Shown: piece after piece, positions 60,520 to 64,000 of the stretch | Layout of the letters: each line of letters opens with the position of its first letter | Position numbering within the stretch: the stretch's first letter is position 1 | Source of the DNA: Squalus acanthias | Lineage: Eukaryota | Direction of reading: 5' to 3' | Length of the DNA stretch: 64,000 nt | NCBI GenBank assembly: GCA_030390025.1 | Contig: JASTWF010000138.1 | Span: 434,001 to 498,000 of the forward strand | Program-made: the position numbers and the translations under genes | Notes under the pieces: generated by a model | What the model was told of the DNA's origin: nothing | Databases searched by the model: none | The model's input: only the letters and a program-made list of their open reading frames with translations

Positions 60520-63500
60520 AGCACACCCAGCCCAGTCCACCCTGCCAAGTCCTTCACACTAACATCTGGAGATTGGCGCCAAAGTTGGGAGAGCTGCCTC
60601 ACAGAGTAGTTCATCAACAGCTTGACATAGTTATGATCCCAGAATCATACCGACAAGCCAAGGTCCCAAACTCCTCCATCACCATGCTTGCGTATGTCCT
60701 GTCCCACCAGCAGGACAGACCCACCAGAAGTGACGGTATACAGTCTAGGGGTGGTGGCCCTGGGAGTCTTCTATGTTGATGCTGTACTCCATGACGCGCA
60801 TGGCTTCAGCTCAAACAAGGGGAAGGAAACCTCCTGTTCATTACCACCCCACCATCTCTCAGCTGATGAATCGGTACTGTGCAATGTTGAAAACCTCTTG
60901 CAGGAAGCAACGAGGAGATAAACGGAAATAACAACAGAAAACGCTGGAAAAACTCAGCAGGCCAGGCAGCATCCGTGGAGAGAGAAACAGAGTTAACGTT
61001 TCAGGTCGAAGACCTTTCGTCAGAACGGTGGAGATAAACGGTGTAGAACCTACTCTGGGAGGGGGACTTCAATGTCCATCACCAAATGTGGCTCGGTAGC
61101 AACACTACTGACCGAGCTGGCCGAGTCCTGAAGGACATAACTGCCAAACTGGGCTTGTGACAGGTGGTGAGATATACAACACCAGGGAATAAACTACTCG
61201 ATCTCAGACTCCGGAATCTACCTGTCGTGGATTCATCTGTCCATGACAGTATTGGTATGAATGACCACCACACAGTCCTTGTGGAGTCCCCTCTTCACAC
61301 TGAGGACACCATCCATCGTGTTGTGTGACACTACCACCGTGCTAAATGGGATAGATTCAGAAGAGATCCAGCAGCTCAAAACTGGGCATCCATGAGGCGC
61401 TGTGGGCCATCAGCAGCAGCAGAATTGTATTCCACCACAATCTGTAACCTCATGACCCGGCATATCCCTCACTCTACCATTACCAGCAAGCCAGGGGATC
61501 AACCCTGGTTCAATGAAGAGTGTAGAAGAGCATGCCAGGAGCAGCACTAGGTGTACCTATAAATGAGGTGCCAACCTGGGGAAGCTGCAACACAGGACTA
61601 CAGGCATGCTAAACAGCGGAAGCAGCATGCTATAGACTGAGCTAAGCGATCTCACAATCTCACGGATCAGAGAACGGTAGCATAGTGGTTATGTTACTGG
61701 ACTAGTGATCCAGAGACCCTAGATTAATGATCAGGAGACATGAGTTCAAATCCCACCACAGGCAGCTGGGGAATTTAAATTCAATTAATTATATTAATCT
61801 GCAATTAAAAACTAGTATCAGTAATGGTGACCATGAAACCACCGGATTGTTGTAAAAACCCATCTGGTTCTCTAATGTCCTTTAGGGAAGGAAATCTGCC
61901 GTCCTTACCTGGTCTGGCCTATATATGACTCCAGACCCGCAGCAATGTAGTTGACTCTTAATTGCCCTCTGTGGTTCACAAAGGCGGCTCACCACCACCT
62001 TCTCAAGGGCAATAAATACCGGCTTTGCCAGCGACGCCCACATCCCATGAACAAAAAAAAAGATTAAAGCTCTGCAGTCCTGCCACATCCAGTCGTGAAT
62101 GGCGGTGCACAATTAAACAACTAATGGGAGGAGGAGGCTCCATGAATATCCCCATCCTCAATGATGACGAAGCCCAGCAGGCGAGCGCAAAAGACAAGGC
62201 TGAAACATTTGCAGCCAGAAGTGCTGAGTGGATGATCCATATCATCCCCACGATCACAGAAGCCAATCCGATTCACTCCACGTGATATCAAGAAACGACT
62301 GAGCGCACTGGATACAGCAAAGGTTATGGGCCCTGACAACATTCCGGTTATCGTGCTGAAGACTTCTGTTCCGGAACTAGCCAAGCTGTTTCAGTACAGC
62401 TACACAACTGGCATCTATCCGACAATGTAGAAAACTGCCCAGGTATGTTCTGTCCACAAAAAGCAGGACCCGGCCAATTACCGGCCCATCAGTCTACTCT
62501 CAATCATCAGAAAATTGATGGAAGGTGTCATCGACAGTGCTATCAAGCGGCACCTTCTCACCGATGCTCACTTTGGGTTCCGCCAGGACCACTCGGCTCC
62601 AGACTTCATTAAAGCCTTGGTCCAAACATGGACAAAAGAGCTGAATTCCAGAGGTGAGGTGAGAACTACTGCCCTTGACATCAACGCAGCATTTGACCGA
62701 GTGTGGTATCAAGGAGCTCTAGTAAAACTGAAGTTAATGGGAATCAGGGGGATAATGCTCCACTGGCTGGAGTCATACAAAGGAAGATGGTTGTGGTTGT
62801 TGGAGGTCAATCATCTCAGCCCCAGGACATCGTTGCAGGAGTTCCTCAGGGCAGTGTCCTAGGCCTAACCATCTTCAGCTGCTCCATCATTGACCTTCCC
62901 TCCATCATAAGGTCAGAAGTGGGGATGTTCGCTGATGACTGCACAGTGTTCAGCGCCATTCGCAACTCCTCAGATAAGGAAGCAGTCCATGCCCGCATGC
63001 ACCAAATCCTGGATGACATTCAGGCTTGGGCTGATAAGAGGCAAGTAACATTCGCGCCAGGCAATGACTATCTCCAACAAGTGAGAGTCTAACCACCGCC
63101 CCTTGACATTCAACGTTATTACCATCACCGAATCCCCCACCATCAACATCCTGGGGGTCACCATTGACCAGAAACTTAACTGGACCAGCCACATAAATAC
63201 TGTGGCAACAAGAGCAGGTCAAAGGCTGAGTATTCTGCGGCGAGTGTCTCACCTCCTGACTCCACAAAGCATTTCCACCATCTACAAGGCACAAGTAAGG
63301 AGTTTGATGGAATACTCTCCACTTGCCTGGATGAGTGCAGCTCCAACAACACTCAAGAAGCTCGTCACCATCCAGGACAAAGCAGCCCGCTTGATTGGCA
63401 CCCCATCCACCACCTTAAACATTTACTCCCTCCACCACCGGCGTACCGTGGCTGCAGTGTGTACCATCTACAAGATGCACTGCAGCAACTCGCCAAGGTT

Positions 63501-63820
63501 TCTTCGGCAGCACCTCCCAAACCCGCGACCTCTTCCACCTAGAAGGACAAGGGCAGCAGGCGCATGGGAACACCACCACCACCAAGTTCCCCTCCAGGTC
63601 ACACACCATCCTGACTTGGAAGTATATCGTCGATCCTTCATCGACGCTGGGTCAAAATCCTGGAACTCCCTCCCTAACAGCACTGTGGGAGTACCTTCAC
63701 CACACGGACTGCAGCGGTTCAAGAAGGCGGCTCACCACCACCTTCTCAAGGGCAATTAGGGATGGGCAATAAATGCTGGCCTGGTCAGAGACGCCCACAT
63801 CCCATAAACGAATAAAAAAA
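60520..63820 (+). mobile_element. Non-LTR retrotransposon (CR1/L2 group), endonuclease and RT remnants, degraded
   Basis: GDFNVHH-like endonuclease motif at about 61060, ALDINAAFDRVW, PQGSVLG...FADDCT, IYKAQVRSLMEY; 3' end with an A tail at about 63820. Confidence 0.85.
61674..62060 (+). mobile_element. tRNA-derived SINE nested in the LINE
   Basis: A-box-like ggtagcatagtggt, B-box GAGTTCAAATCC, 3' tail matching the host LINE 3' end, A tail. Confidence 0.75.
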
Positions 63821-64000
63821 AGACATACCGAAACCGCCCTGTAGTTTGTTTCCTTTTCTACACCACATTCTTTTCCAATATGAGTGAAAGTTATAAGGAC
63901 AGTTTTTCACGCACTGCTGGTGTTAAGCTGTTGTTAACGAGGACCCGCCCTACACCTCACCGTTTGAACCCGCTCCCGCGCTCTGCTCCCGGGCACTTTA

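Overview
Cartilaginous-fish (shark-type) genomic DNA, rich in repeats, with two assembly gaps (13319-13496 and 30988-31187). The left part holds an IgM heavy-chain cluster on the minus strand: leader, VH, JH, then Cmu1-Cmu4, with Cmu4 cut by the window edge. Its V-J region is unusual. VH ends in an extra D-like tail followed by a 22-bp-spacer RSS, JH is preceded by a 12-bp-spacer RSS, and only about 310 bp with no free D lies between them. This reads as a partially pre-joined VD-DJ cluster needing one recombination. Head-to-head with it on the plus strand are three T-cell-receptor alpha/delta-type V genes (leader, V exon, 23-RSS) and a decayed VNAR/NAR-TCR-type V exon that the ORF track misses. 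The window therefore looks like a hybrid Ig/TCR locus, although the IgM-to-TCR linkage crosses an N gap. A two-exon GPR139-like GPCR gene lies on the right. The rest is CR1/L2-type LINE fragments, SINEs, Harbinger-type elements, a solo LTR and minisatellites. Repeat boundaries are approximate and all family assignments are by eye, not from database searches.
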